From positions 1 through 37,138 of the forward strand of contig JBFKTF010000001.1 in the NCBI GenBank assembly GCA_041636435.1: a stretch of 37,138 nt of DNA, read 5' to 3'. This stretch comes from Thermoplasmatota archaeon (GTDB lineage Archaea > Thermoplasmatota > E2 > JACPAO01 > JAHFTW01). Within the stretch, counting starts at the first letter, position 1. Every line of letters begins with the position of its first letter. Under the pieces are notes generated by a model. That model saw nothing but the letters and a program-made list of their open reading frames with translations. It was not told the DNA's origin and did not search any database. Positions 17,223 through 26,418 of the stretch are shown here, piece after piece. The position numbers were made by a program, and so were the translations under genes.

Positions 17223-18473
17223 TCACGGTTTCCGCAATGCATCGGTGAGGTCGCGTCGCAGGATCGCCCGGCGGGGCTTGCCTGAGGCCGTCCGCGGCAC
17301 GTCGTGGACCGCATGGAACGCCTTGGGGCGCTCGTGGGGCGCCAGGCGTGCCTTGCACCACGCCGCCAGGTCGGCGGGCACCACCTCGGCCACGACCGCC
17401 GCCACGACGCGCTGGCCCCATTCCGCGTCCGCCACGCCAATGACCATCGCGTCCGCCACGTCCGGGTGGGCGCACAACACGGCCTCCACCGCATCCGGGG
17501 ACACGTTCTCGCCCCCGCTCACGATGCGGTCGTCGGCTCGCCCCAAGACGAACAGGTGCCCGTCCTGCAAGCGCCCCAGGTCGCCCGTGTGCAAGGGCCC
17601 CGGCGTCGTGACCGTGGTGCCGTCCACCACAATCTCTCCGATGCCGGCGTCGTCCGCCATGTGAATGGATACCTCCACGCCCCGCAACGGACGGCCTGCG
17701 GTGCCGGGCATTGCGTCCACTTCCTCGGGCAACGCCGTCGTCACCTGGCTGCACGCCTCCGTCAAGCCATAGGTGGCATGGATTGGCCAACCCGCGGCCC
17801 GGGCACGCTGGGTCAACTCCGCGTTCAAAGACGCCCCGCCGACCAAGGCACAATCGAGCTTGCCCGGCGCCACGTCCGCATCGAGCAGGCGCTTGAGCAT
17901 GGTGGGAACCAACGACGCATGGGTGGCGATCTCCAATGCCTTGGCGACCTTGGGCACCTCGAAGCGCTCATGCAAATCGATGCGGCCACCCCCGTGCATG
18001 CACCGGTCGATGAGCATCATGCCCCCCACGTGCCACGGCGGCAACACGTCCAACCAGACGCTCTCGCCGTCGCACGCAAGCCGCTCCATGGCCGCACCCC
18101 GGTGCGCTTGCACATGGTGCCGTAGCATCGTGACCCAACTGGCCTGCGTCGTGCCGCTGGTCAGCACGTGCGCAAACGCATCCGGTCGCGCGTCCCCCAC
18201 ATCGCCGGGCAAGGTGTCTTGGGGATCGCCGCGCACATCGCACACGATGAGGGGGCGTGGCCCCCGCACCGACTCCGCCAGGCTGCGTCGCTCCGGGTCG
18301 CACACCAGACCATCCACGCCGACGGTCGCCATCGCCTCCTGCAATCGCTGCGCCGGCAGGTCGATGGGCAGTGGCACCAACACGAAGCGTTGGGAATTGA
18401 CCGCCGCGTGCATGGACAATTGCGTGGGCGTGTTGTGGGCCAGCAAGCCGATGCGGTGGCCCGGGCGCAACAT
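17223..18473 (-). CDS. menE: O-succinylbenzoate-CoA ligase-like adenylate-forming enzyme (short, divergent)
   Basis: 416 aa from ATG 18473, which overlaps the menC stop (TGATG). ANL motifs YGLTEA, TGDLGRLQDGHLFVLGRADDRIVSGGENV and PRTASGKPRR. The upstream 160 codons of the track ORF overlap menC and are Arg/Gly-rich shadow sequence. Confidence 0.75.
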   Translation of the reverse strand: MLRPGHRIGLLAHNTPTQLSMHAAVNSQRFVLVPLPIDLPAQRLQEAMATVGVDGLVCDPERRSLAESVRGPRPLIVCDVRGDPQDTLPGDVGDARPDAFAHVLTSGTTQASWVTMLRHHVQAHRGAAMERLACDGESVWLDVLPPWHVGGMMLIDRCMHGGGRIDLHERFEVPKVAKALEIATHASLVPTMLKRLLDADVAPGKLDCALVGGASLNAELTQRARAAGWPIHATYGLTEACSQVTTALPEEVDAMPGTAGRPLRGVEVSIHMADDAGIGEIVVDGTTVTTPGPLHTGDLGRLQDGHLFVLGRADDRIVSGGENVSPDAVEAVLCAHPDVADAMVIGVADAEWGQRVVAAVVAEVVPADLAAWCKARLAPHERPKAFHAVHDVPRTASGKPRRAILRRDLTDALRKP

Positions 18474-19465
18474 CAGAGATCCTCCGGTGCCGTGCCAAGG
18501 CCGAAGCGACGGGGGACCTTCATGCGGCCAGCCACAATGGCCGGTGGCGGTGCGACGTCCTTGGCCAGGTAGCTCGACGTGGCCAAGCCCGCAGGCTCCG
18601 TCGTGCCCGCCGCCACGTGCAGCGCATGGTGGACGCCGATGCTGGTCTCCAAGCTGTTGGTCACCACGACGCGCTTGCCTTGGCGCATGGCGGCTTGGAT
18701 GCATTCCACGGCGCGGTCCGGGCCGCCGACCCGCTGCGTCTTGACGATGACCACGTGGCCGATGCCATCGGCCAGCAAGCGGTTGATGGTCTCGGCATCC
18801 GTGGCCGATTCGTCGATGGCGACGTCGAAGGGCCCGCGCGCCGTCAGATGGCGCAGCGTGTCCTCGTGCTCCGGCGCCACGGGCTGCTCGATGTAATCGA
18901 TCCCGAATCCGGAAAAGTCCTGCATCTTCTGGATGGCATCGTCCGGGCTCCACGCCGCGTTGGCATCCAAGCGCAGCTTGGCGTGCGGGGCGCCTTCGCG
19001 CACGGCGCGGGCCCGGGCCAAGTCGTTGCGGTGGTCGGTGCCAATCTTGAGCTTGATGGCCTCGTAGCCGACCAAGGCGCTGGCGGCGGCAATCTGGCGC
19101 ACCGTGTCGGGCTCGGGCGCGGTGATGAGCGTGTTGACGGGGACGTCGGCGTGCGGCTCGTCATGCAGCAATTGGGCGATGGGGCGGCGTCGCTGCTGCG
19201 CCTGGACGTCCAACTGGGCTTGGGTGATGCCGCAACGGACGCGGGGGTGCGCCGCGTCGAGCGCGCTGCCGGTGGCCTCGTTGGCGCGGTCCACCCAGGT
19301 TTGCAATGGCGTGGTGTCGTCCGGCGGCGGCGCAATTTCGCCCCAGCCGACCACCTCGGAGTCCTCCAACCGCACCAACACCACGCGGCGCCGATGCTGC
19401 ACGCCGCGGGCCCACCGATACGGGGCCGAGAGGGGCAGGTCCATGGCGTGGAAGCTCCACTCCAC
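18473..19465 (-). CDS. menC: o-Succinylbenzoate synthase (enolase superfamily)
   Basis: IKLKIGTD, LRLDANAAWSPDDA, YIEQPV and VAIDES are MR/MLE-type metal-ligand and catalytic-Lys motifs; men cluster context. Start is GTG 19465 or ATG 19444. Confidence 0.85.
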   Translation of the reverse strand: MEWSFHAMDLPLSAPYRWARGVQHRRRVVLVRLEDSEVVGWGEIAPPPDDTTPLQTWVDRANEATGSALDAAHPRVRCGITQAQLDVQAQQRRRPIAQLLHDEPHADVPVNTLITAPEPDTVRQIAAASALVGYEAIKLKIGTDHRNDLARARAVREGAPHAKLRLDANAAWSPDDAIQKMQDFSGFGIDYIEQPVAPEHEDTLRHLTARGPFDVAIDESATDAETINRLLADGIGHVVIVKTQRVGGPDRAVECIQAAMRQGKRVVVTNSLETSIGVHHALHVAAGTTEPAGLATSSYLAKDVAPPPAIVAGRMKVPRRFGLGTAPEDL

Positions 19466-19501
19466 GACGCGGCGATGGGCTCGGCGCCTAAGGCTTGCTC
19501 G

Positions 19502-20374
19502 TCACAGCCACAAGCCAATGGCGGCCAAGAGGCTGTACACCAACAGCACCCGCGCCGTGCCCCCCAGGGCCGGATTGTACGCGCGGCGATCGGCGTGGCG
19601 AGCCCACACGATGCGCGCCGGGGGAATGGCGACCAATCCGGCCGCCACGGGCAGCAACCACCACAAATCTTGGGCCAAGTGGCCGATTCCGAACGGGGCC
19701 AAGATGGCGGCGCCGACGAGGATGGCCCACAGCCAGCGCGTGGGGGATTCGCCCATGCGGACGGCCAAGGTGCGTTTGCCGGCGCTGCGGTCCGTCGGGA
19801 TGTCGCGCAGGTTGTTGACGACCAAGATGGCCGCCGCCAACAAGCCCAGCGGCACGCCCCACAGCAACGCCATGGGTTCCCAAGTCAAGGACTGCACGTA
19901 CACGGTGCCCGCCACGGCGATGGGTCCAAAGAACGCGAACACGAACACTTCTCCGAGCCCGATGTACGCGATGCTCTTGCGAGTGGCCGTGTAGAAGATA
20001 CCGCTCAGGATGCCCGCGCCGCCGATGGCGAGGATGGGCCAACCACCAATCCAGATGAGGTAGCAACCCACCAAGCCCGCCAACGCAAAGGTGCCAAACG
20101 ATGCGTTGCGCACCGCCAATGGATCCAGCAGGCCCGCCGCACTGGCACGGGTCGGGCCCGCCCGGGCCTCGGTGTCGGCGCCCTGGATGTGGTCGTAGTA
20201 GTCGTTGGCCAAATTGGTCCCAATTTGCAACAGCAACGCACCGGCCAAGGCCGCCAACGCGGGCCACAAGGAGAACGCGCCCATGTCGACCGCGAAGGCC
20301 ATGCCCACAATGACGGGGCTGGCCGCAGCGGGCAGGGTGCGGATGCGGAGGGTGCCGATCCAGGGACTGGCCAC
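19502..20374 (-). CDS. menA: 1,4-dihydroxy-2-naphthoate polyprenyltransferase (UbiA family)
   Basis: 290 aa, polytopic, with NDYYDHIQGADT and VVNNLRDIPTDRSAGKRTLAV Asp-rich motifs. GTG start. Confidence 0.9.
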   Translation of the reverse strand: MASPWIGTLRIRTLPAAASPVIVGMAFAVDMGAFSLWPALAALAGALLLQIGTNLANDYYDHIQGADTEARAGPTRASAAGLLDPLAVRNASFGTFALAGLVGCYLIWIGGWPILAIGGAGILSGIFYTATRKSIAYIGLGEVFVFAFFGPIAVAGTVYVQSLTWEPMALLWGVPLGLLAAAILVVNNLRDIPTDRSAGKRTLAVRMGESPTRWLWAILVGAAILAPFGIGHLAQDLWWLLPVAAGLVAIPPARIVWARHADRRAYNPALGGTARVLLVYSLLAAIGLWL

Positions 20375-20404
20375 GGCGCAGCGAGTCCGGCGTCGTAGGA
20401 AAAC

Positions 20405-20794
20405 CTACGCGGTGATGGCGGCCACGGCGCGCTCCAATCGAGCCGCTGCCTCCAAGCCGACCTCGGCCACCTTGTCGTTGCCGATGAGGCCCAGCGCCGC
20501 TTTGGGTTGCATCGCCGCCACGACAATGTCACCGTCGTGTTCGTAGACGCACACGTTGCACGGCAACAGCACGCCGATGTCCATGACCTCATGCACGGCG
20601 TCCCACGCCAACGGCGGATTGCATGCGCCTAGGATGAGGTACCGGCCCATGTCGCGGTCCAGCTTCTCCTTCATCTTGGCCTGCATGTCGATCTCTGTCA
20701 ACACCCCAAAGCCCTCCTTCATCAACTCGTCCCGCGCCTTCTGCACGGTCGCATCGAAGTCCAGCGGACTGGTGGCCTTGATGGCAATCTCCAT
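20405..20794 (-). CDS. DUF302 family protein
   Basis: 129 aa. FGVLTEIDMQAKMKEKL...YLILGACNPPLAWDA...IGVLLPCNVCVYE matches the DUF302 pattern as I remember it. Confidence 0.75.
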   Translation of the reverse strand: MEIAIKATSPLDFDATVQKARDELMKEGFGVLTEIDMQAKMKEKLDRDMGRYLILGACNPPLAWDAVHEVMDIGVLLPCNVCVYEHDGDIVVAAMQPKAALGLIGNDKVAEVGLEAAARLERAVAAITA

Positions 20795-20836
20795 GCCCTG
20801 GCCAATGGCGACGGGACTTGAAGGGTCGCGTCCGGG

Positions 20837-20989
20837 CTACCCGGGGCGCATGGCGAGGGCCATCCAAGCGGCTCCGCCGGCCAAGAGGGCGCCCGCCACG
20901 ACGGCAGGCCACACGCCATAGAATCCGCTCACCACGACGATGAGCATGCCCAACACGGCGACGGCCCAGAGAGGCCGGAGGTTGCCCAT
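20837..20989 (-). CDS. Small hydrophobic membrane peptide (50 aa, two predicted TM segments)
   Basis: MGNLRPLWAVAVLGMLIVVVSGFYGVWPAVVAGALLAGGAAWMALAMRPG. Its ATG overlaps the stop of the upstream 60-aa gene (TGATG). The rest of the 140-aa track ORF is Arg/Pro-rich shadow sequence. Confidence 0.45.
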   Translation of the reverse strand: MGNLRPLWAVAVLGMLIVVVSGFYGVWPAVVAGALLAGGAAWMALAMRPG

Positions 20990-21171
20990 CAGAGGGGATC
21001 GCAGCCGGCGCACATGCAGTCGTCGTGGTCCGCGTGGACCTCGGCGATGATGCCGCGCAAATCGTCGGCGTTGGGGGGTGTGCAGTACTTCATCTCGAAC
21101 TGCTGGATTTTCTCGTCCACGATGTCCATGTGGTTGGCGGCGCGGGGGAACTCTTCGAGGATGTCGTCCAT
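20989..21171 (-). CDS. Small acidic Cys/His-rich protein (60 aa), function unknown
   Basis: MDDILEEFPRAANHMDIVDEKIQQFEMKYCTPPNADDLRGIIAEVHADHDDCMCAGCDPL. AGGAG sits 5 nt upstream of the ATG, and codon usage is coding-like. Confidence 0.55.
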   Translation of the reverse strand: MDDILEEFPRAANHMDIVDEKIQQFEMKYCTPPNADDLRGIIAEVHADHDDCMCAGCDPL

Positions 21172-21185
21172 GGAGACTCCTACGG

Positions 21186-21200
21186 GGACCTCGGCTTGTC
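21186..21200. repeat. Direct repeat copy A (GGGACCTCGGCTTGTC-like) upstream of the 60-aa gene
   Basis: The 13-nt core ACCTCGGCTTGTC is identical to 21271-21283, with 16 of 17 identical when the flank is included. Confidence 0.6.
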
Positions 21201-21262
21201 AGCGCTCGGGGCTGCGCCCCTGAGGGCCCGCGCGCGGCATGCCGCTTCGCGGCAGCCACGCA

Positions 21263-22123
21263 TCATGGGTACCTCGGCTTGTCGCGGAAGGCCGGCTGGC
21301 GCTTCTGCAAGTACGCGTTCTTCCCTTCCTGGCCCTCTTCGGTCATGTAGAACAGCAGCGTCGCGTTGCCCGCCAGTTCCTGGACGCCAGCGGCGCCGTC
21401 TTCTTCCGCGTTGAACGCGGACTTGAGGGTGCGGATGGCCAGGGGCGACTTGTGAAGGATCTCGTCGGCCCACTCGATGCCTTCCGCTTCCAGTTGCTCC
21501 AGGGGGACGACCTTGTTGACCAAGCCCATCTTCTCGGCTTCTTCGGCGTTGTATTGGCGGCAGAGGTACCAGATTTCCTTGGCCTTCTTGGGGCCGACCA
21601 GGCGGCTCAAGTGGCTGCTGCCAAAGCCGCCATCGAAGCTGCCGACGCGGGGGCCGGTTTGCTGGAAGATGGCGTTGTCGGCGGCGATGGTCAAGTCACA
21701 GATGACGTGCAGGACGTGGCCGCCACCCACGGCGTAGCCGGCCACCAAGGCGATGACGGGCTTGGGCATGCTGCGGATGATGCGTTGCAGGCGCAGCACG
21801 TTCAGGCGCGGCACGCCGTCCTCGCCGACGTAGCCGGCTTCGCCGCGCACGGTTTGGTCGCCGCCGCTGCAGAAGGCCCACTTGCCGTCCTTGGGGCTGG
21901 GGCCGTTGCCCGTGAACAGCACGCAGCCGACGTCGGTGTCATGCCAGGCGTGCTCGAAGGCATCGATCAGTTCGTCCGTGGTCTCGGGGCGGAACGCGTT
22001 GCGAATCGCCGGCCGGTTGAACGCGATGCGGGCGATGTTGTTCCACTTGTGGTAGGTGATGTCCTCGTACTCTTTGACCGTCTCCCACTCCGCTTGGCTG
22101 GGGAGGAACTGCACTTCGGGCAC
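21263..22123 (-). CDS. menB: 1,4-dihydroxy-2-naphthoyl-CoA synthase (crotonase fold)
   Basis: [49 protein letters not shown] and GSFDGGFG. There is no in-frame ATG, so GTG 22123 (or 22114), 23 nt after the menD stop, is proposed. The upstream 157 codons of the track ORF overlap menD. Confidence 0.88.
   Translation of the reverse strand: MPEVQFLPSQAEWETVKEYEDITYHKWNNIARIAFNRPAIRNAFRPETTDELIDAFEHAWHDTDVGCVLFTGNGPSPKDGKWAFCSGGDQTVRGEAGYVGEDGVPRLNVLRLQRIIRSMPKPVIALVAGYAVGGGHVLHVICDLTIAADNAIFQQTGPRVGSFDGGFGSSHLSRLVGPKKAKEIWYLCRQYNAEEAEKMGLVNKVVPLEQLEAEGIEWADEILHKSPLAIRTLKSAFNAEEDGAAGVQELAGNATLLFYMTEEGQEGKNAYLQKRQPAFRDKPRYP
21267..21283. repeat. Direct repeat copy B, forming the last codons of menB
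   Basis: GGGTACCTCGGCTTGTC encodes ...DKPRYP-stop on the minus strand and is duplicated about 83 nt away at 21186-21200. Confidence 0.6.
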
Positions 22124-22145
22124 GGGGCCGGCACAGGGGCGTCGC

Positions 22146-23762
22146 TCAAAGATGCTGCGCGAGCGCCTTGCCGGCGGCCTCGTGGGCTTGGCGATGCAGG
22201 GCCTGTCGCTTGTGGGCCTCGCCGCCGGGGGTCTCCACAATGGTGACGCCCGGATCGAGCTTGGCCAATCCAGTGGGCGTGGCGAAATGCACGGGCACCT
22301 CGGCGGCGTAGCATGCGGTCTCGATGTCGAGACCTGGCGGCGTGACGAACAGTTCCTGGAACCGCGTCGTGGCCGCGGCGACGGGCAGGTGTTCGAAGAT
22401 GCGGCCACCTCCGTTGTCGATGACGACAAGGGACAGCGCATCGTGCCATAGTGCCAGGCTGGATTGATCGTGGGCAAACGCCAAATCGCCGATGATGGCC
22501 GTGGTGGGGCCGCTGCGAGCGATGCCGGCAGCGGTGGCGATGGTGCCGTCGATGCCACTGGCGCCGCGGTTGGCCAAGACGTCGATCGTGGCACCGCTGC
22601 GCCCGTAGCGCTCCAAGTCCCGCACCGGCATGGAGTTGCCCACGAAGATGCGCTCGGGTGCGCCCGCCAACAGCGAGGCGACCCAGGCGGCTTCGTCGTG
22701 GTCCTCGGGCACCACGTCCGCCACGGCGGCGTCCATGGCGCGCCAGAGGGCGGCCCATGCGTCGGCGCCCGGCATCGGGGCGGCTTCCTTGGTGGCCTTG
22801 TCCATCCAACGCGCCGGATCGGCGTCGGTCATGTCGCACGGGCCAATGTCGTCCCAGCCGCGACCCGACCAATCGAAGCGCAGCCGATTCTCCGCTCGCG
22901 CCAGGTACCTGGCCAGGTGGCGGCTCGTGGGCGTGGCACCGAATTGGACGACCCAATCCGCTTTGGGCAACGCGTCCAGGTCGGCGAAGCGATCGGCGCC
23001 CGACACCACGTCGAGGCCCGCAAACCGCAGACCCGACAAGCAGTCCGCGACGATGGGTGCCTGCAACGCCGCCGCGAGGCGCTTGATGGCCGGCGCCAGG
23101 TGACGCCCTGTCTTGGGGCCACACACGATGAGGCCCCGCGGCCCGAGGTGGCCGAGGCTGACTTGAGGCAAGTCGCCGCTGGGCTGGGGCTGCGCCGGGG
23201 GCTTGGTCTGGCGGCGTGCCTGCTTGGCCAGTGCCCGCAGCGCCTCGTGTCCGCCGCCGTCCGGCTCCAAGGGCTTGTCGAATGGTTGGTTGAGGTGGAT
23301 GGGCCCCAGCGGGTAGCTGCCCAACGCGTCCGCGATGCTTGGCGGGATGGCGTGGGCATCCGGCATCGGCAGGTCGACGGAGCTCCGCGCCACGCGGTCA
23401 AACAAATCGACTTGGTCGATGGTCTGGTTGCTGCCGGTGTCGCGCAGCCGAGGCGGCCGGTCGGCAGTGAGCGCCACCAAGGGCACGTTGGCTTGGTGGG
23501 CCTCCGTCATGGCGGGCCACAGGTTGCTGACGGCGGTGCCACTCGTGGTGATGACGGCGGCCGGTCGTCCCGTGCCCAACGCAACGCCCAATGCGTGGAA
23601 CGCGGCGCCGCGCTCGTCGATGTGGATCGTGGTCTCGATGTCCGGATGGGCGTCCACGGCCAGCGCCAGGGGCGTGCTGCGGCTGCCCGGGCAGAGCGTG
23701 GCGTGGCGCACGCCAAGGGATGCCAGGTGCTCGAGGATGGCGATGCTGGCCTGCGTGTTCAT
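22146..23762 (-). CDS. menD: SEPHCHC synthase (2-succinyl-5-enolpyruvyl-6-hydroxy-3-cyclohexene-1-carboxylate synthase), ThDP enzyme
   Basis: From ATG 23762: [33 protein letters not shown]...[31 protein letters not shown]...GASGIDG. The ATG overlaps the menF stop (ATGA). Confidence 0.9.
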   Translation of the reverse strand: MNTQASIAILEHLASLGVRHATLCPGSRSTPLALAVDAHPDIETTIHIDERGAAFHALGVALGTGRPAAVITTSGTAVSNLWPAMTEAHQANVPLVALTADRPPRLRDTGSNQTIDQVDLFDRVARSSVDLPMPDAHAIPPSIADALGSYPLGPIHLNQPFDKPLEPDGGGHEALRALAKQARRQTKPPAQPQPSGDLPQVSLGHLGPRGLIVCGPKTGRHLAPAIKRLAAALQAPIVADCLSGLRFAGLDVVSGADRFADLDALPKADWVVQFGATPTSRHLARYLARAENRLRFDWSGRGWDDIGPCDMTDADPARWMDKATKEAAPMPGADAWAALWRAMDAAVADVVPEDHDEAAWVASLLAGAPERIFVGNSMPVRDLERYGRSGATIDVLANRGASGIDGTIATAAGIARSGPTTAIIGDLAFAHDQSSLALWHDALSLVVIDNGGGRIFEHLPVAAATTRFQELFVTPPGLDIETACYAAEVPVHFATPTGLAKLDPGVTIVETPGGEAHKRQALHRQAHEAAGKALAQHL

Positions 23763-24874
23763 GCCAACTCCCGCAAGGTGGCCAACTTGTCCTCGGTCTC
23801 CTGCCATTCGGCTTGGGCCTCGGAGCCGGCCACGATGCCCGCTCCCGCGAACAAGGTCCGGCGATCACTATGTTGGTGGGCGCAGCGCAGCGCCACGTTC
23901 AGCACCCCCTCGCCCTGGGCGTCAAACCATCCCACGGCACCGGCGTACCAGCCCCGGGGAACGTCCTCCAGTTCTCGGATGATGGCGAGGCTGCGGCGAC
24001 GGGGCGTGCCGCACACCGCCGGCGTGGGGTGCAACCGCGCGGCGATGTCCAGGATGTGTGTCCCGGGCGGCGCGGTGCCCTCCAGGGGTGTCTCCAAGTG
24101 CGTGACGTGGCGCAGATCGCGACGCCTGCGCGGGGATTGTTGAATGGAATGGATGCCCGACTCGACGAGCCGTTCCCGGACGAAGGCCGCCACCAGTTCG
24201 TGCTCCAGGATGTCCTTGTCCGCGGAACTGAGGTGCTCGGCCGCGCCGTTGCGTGCGGTGCCGGCCAAGGCGTGGGTCTCCACGCGGCCATCCTGCAAGC
24301 GCACCAGGGTCTCGGGGGTGCAGCCAAAGAACGTGGCCCCGCGTTGGAACAAGAACGACGTGCCCTCTTCCAGGCCTCGCAGGGCGTGGAATGCGGCCAT
24401 GGGGTCCCCGGCATCGATGCAGCGGCTGCGCGCCAAGACCACCTTCGCCACGTCGCCGCCGCGGATGGCGTCCGTGGCGGCCTGCACCATGCGGGCCCAA
24501 TCGTCTTGGTCCACGTGGCTGCTGGCCAAGGCACCCCCCTCGGGTACCTCCACGTCCGGGGCCGCGATGGTGGTCTCAAACAACGCCCCATCCGCCCAGA
24601 CCCATTGCCTTCGCGGCAACGTGAAGCAGGCATCGGGGAAGCCCGACCACGCATCGCCGGGCGCGAATCCGATGCCGCCGGTCCAGCGTGGGCGCCCCGC
24701 AGCGGGGCCTTCGTACGCCAGGGGTTGGTCCACGGCCGCGCGCAACGCCTCCATGCGCCGCTCCCCTTGGGCATGGGCCACGGCCACCACGCCCGCCTGG
24801 ACAATGGTCTCCGAGCCCGACCAGACCGCAACGGGGCCTTGGCATTGGTCCAAGATTTCCTCCACGCTGCGCAT
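23759..24874 (-). CDS. menF: Isochorismate synthase
   Basis: LAGTARNG..., CGTPRRRSLAIIRELEDVPRGWYAGAVGWFD and AGAGIVAGSEAQAEWQETEDK are chorismate-binding motifs. Start is ATG 24874 (371 aa); GTG 24904 is possible. ORF codons further upstream run antisense to the wHTH gene. Confidence 0.85.
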   Translation of the reverse strand: MRSVEEILDQCQGPVAVWSGSETIVQAGVVAVAHAQGERRMEALRAAVDQPLAYEGPAAGRPRWTGGIGFAPGDAWSGFPDACFTLPRRQWVWADGALFETTIAAPDVEVPEGGALASSHVDQDDWARMVQAATDAIRGGDVAKVVLARSRCIDAGDPMAAFHALRGLEEGTSFLFQRGATFFGCTPETLVRLQDGRVETHALAGTARNGAAEHLSSADKDILEHELVAAFVRERLVESGIHSIQQSPRRRRDLRHVTHLETPLEGTAPPGTHILDIAARLHPTPAVCGTPRRRSLAIIRELEDVPRGWYAGAVGWFDAQGEGVLNVALRCAHQHSDRRTLFAGAGIVAGSEAQAEWQETEDKLATLRELA

Positions 24875-25021
24875 GGGGACTTCCTGGCCACGGCCGATGA
24901 ACACAATCGGCCCACACCGGTCGCCGTCAAGGGCATTTCCACTGGGCCCTCCTGGGCGATGGGCCTCTGGGGGCCAGGGGTTGGACTCGAAGTTCAACCT
25001 TCGCAGGGGGGTGCCATATGC

Positions 25022-25273
25022 ATGGATGGCCCATGCACTGCCATGGCCTGCCACGACCTCGTCCAACGCATCGACGGCCCCGCCTCCATGAAGACGGTGG
25101 CCAGCGCACTCTGCCACGACCGCATGACCCTGAAGGACCTGCAACTCCGCTCCGGCCTGGCCCGGCGCACCGTCTACGGGGCGCTGCGGCGCCTGCGCGA
25201 CATGGGGCTCGTGCAAGAACTCCCCAATCTCCGGGACACGCGCCAATCGTGGTACGTCCTGCGGTCCACTTGA
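25022..25273 (+). CDS. Small winged-helix DNA-binding protein (MarR/TrmB-like wHTH)
   Basis: The tail of the frame-2 ORF reads ...MKTVASALCHDRMTLKDLQLRSGLARRTVYGALRRLRDMGLVQELPNLRDTRQSWYVL, a helix-turn-helix plus wing. The start is uncertain among four in-frame ATG codons starting at 25022. The TGA overlaps the next ATG. Confidence 0.6.
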   Translation: MDGPCTAMACHDLVQRIDGPASMKTVASALCHDRMTLKDLQLRSGLARRTVYGALRRLRDMGLVQELPNLRDTRQSWYVLRST

Positions 25274-26418
25274 TGCGCTTCCTGCCGCTGGCCGTCCTGA
25301 TGCTTGCCTTGGCCGGCCCGGCCGCCGCGGAGCACGTCAGCACCGGCGAAATCCGCTGGGCCTGCGGCTTCAACGGCAGCGGCCAACGAGGCCACCCGGA
25401 TGGCTGCGGCATCGACCCCATCGGCGGCGAAGGCGTCGACAGCGAAGGCACGCCCGAGTGGGGGCCGGCCTGGGTGGACGACGACGAGCCGGTGTTGGGC
25501 ATCGTCGTGGACGGGGATGCACGTGCGGTGCCCGTCGTCATGCTGGATGCCCACGAAATCGTCAACGACCGAATCGGTGGCCGCGACATCGCCATCACCT
25601 ACTGCCCTTTGTGTGGCAGTGGCGTCGCCTTCGACCGCACCGTGTTCATCGACGGGGCGACGCGGACGTTGACCTTCGCGGCCAGCGGCTTCCTTTACCA
25701 GAGCGACCTGGTCATGTGGGACCCCGAAACCAGCACCCTGTGGAATCAAATCACCGGTTCCGCCATCGCCAGCCTGGTGGATCGACGCGTCGAAGCCGTG
25801 CATCACGAGGCGACCTTGGCCACGGTGCCATTGGTGGTCACCTCGTGGGGCGAATGGCGCGAACAACACGGTGGCGCGACGATGTTGCAGAAGGTGCGGG
25901 CCGGCTATGGAAGCGCGTACGCCGGCTACGATGCCAGCAGCGGCCAATGCGGCCTGGGCACGTGCATCGGCGTCGACGAACGGCTCCACCCGAAGGAGCT
26001 GGTCATCGGGGTCACCGAGCCCAGCACGTGGGCATTTCCGCTCTTTGGTGTGCAGGCCGCGGGGGGCGTGGTGGTCCATGCAGGGCTCGTCGTGACCGCC
26101 ACGCCAGGGGGCGCCCACGCGGTCCACGACGCATCAGGATACGAGTTCACGCGCATGCAGGACGGCTGGGTCGATGCCAACGGCACGCGATGGAATCTGC
26201 AGGAGGGGCGATCCGAACACGGCGCCACCCTGCCCCCGGTGGACAGCGTGCGCCTCTACTGGTTTGCATGGGCCGAGCACCACCCCGACACGGATCTCTG
26301 GCAACCCACCAACGCCAGCAGCGAATTGGAGCGGGACAACGGCAAGCTGCTGGGGTTCACCATCCCCATCGTGGCGGGCGTGCTCTTGCTCATTGCCATC
26401 TTCTGGCGGCGTCGATGA
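25273..26418 (+). CDS. DUF3179 family secreted protein with a PGF-CTERM-like C-terminal anchor
   Basis: From ATG 25273: signal peptide MRFLPLAVLMLALAGPAAA, then ARAVPVVMLDAHEIVNDRIGGRDIAITYCPLCGSGVAFDR...SGFLYQSDLVMWDPETSTLWNQITG (DUF3179 pattern). The tail is LLGFTIPIVAGVLLLIAIFWRRR. Confidence 0.75.
   Translation: MRFLPLAVLMLALAGPAAAEHVSTGEIRWACGFNGSGQRGHPDGCGIDPIGGEGVDSEGTPEWGPAWVDDDEPVLGIVVDGDARAVPVVMLDAHEIVNDRIGGRDIAITYCPLCGSGVAFDRTVFIDGATRTLTFAASGFLYQSDLVMWDPETSTLWNQITGSAIASLVDRRVEAVHHEATLATVPLVVTSWGEWREQHGGATMLQKVRAGYGSAYAGYDASSGQCGLGTCIGVDERLHPKELVIGVTEPSTWAFPLFGVQAAGGVVVHAGLVVTATPGGAHAVHDASGYEFTRMQDGWVDANGTRWNLQEGRSEHGATLPPVDSVRLYWFAWAEHHPDTDLWQPTNASSELERDNGKLLGFTIPIVAGVLLLIAIFWRRR

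Noticed and set aside
17223-18953. Full 576-aa ORF taken as menE. Likewise 21263-22594 (443 aa) as menB, 26609-28042 (477 aa) as P4, 27616-28587 (323 aa) as DUF547, 29263-30195 (310 aa) as the CARF gene, 23759-25246 (495 aa) as menF, 36466-37074 (202 aa), and 4928 as the rpoB start.
   Set aside because: In each case the N-terminal extension overlaps the well-supported upstream gene in another frame and is Arg/Pro/Gly-rich with no homology-like pattern. Internal starts that abut or overlap the upstream stop codon give proteins of normal length, with proper signal peptides for P4 and the Cys-rich protein.
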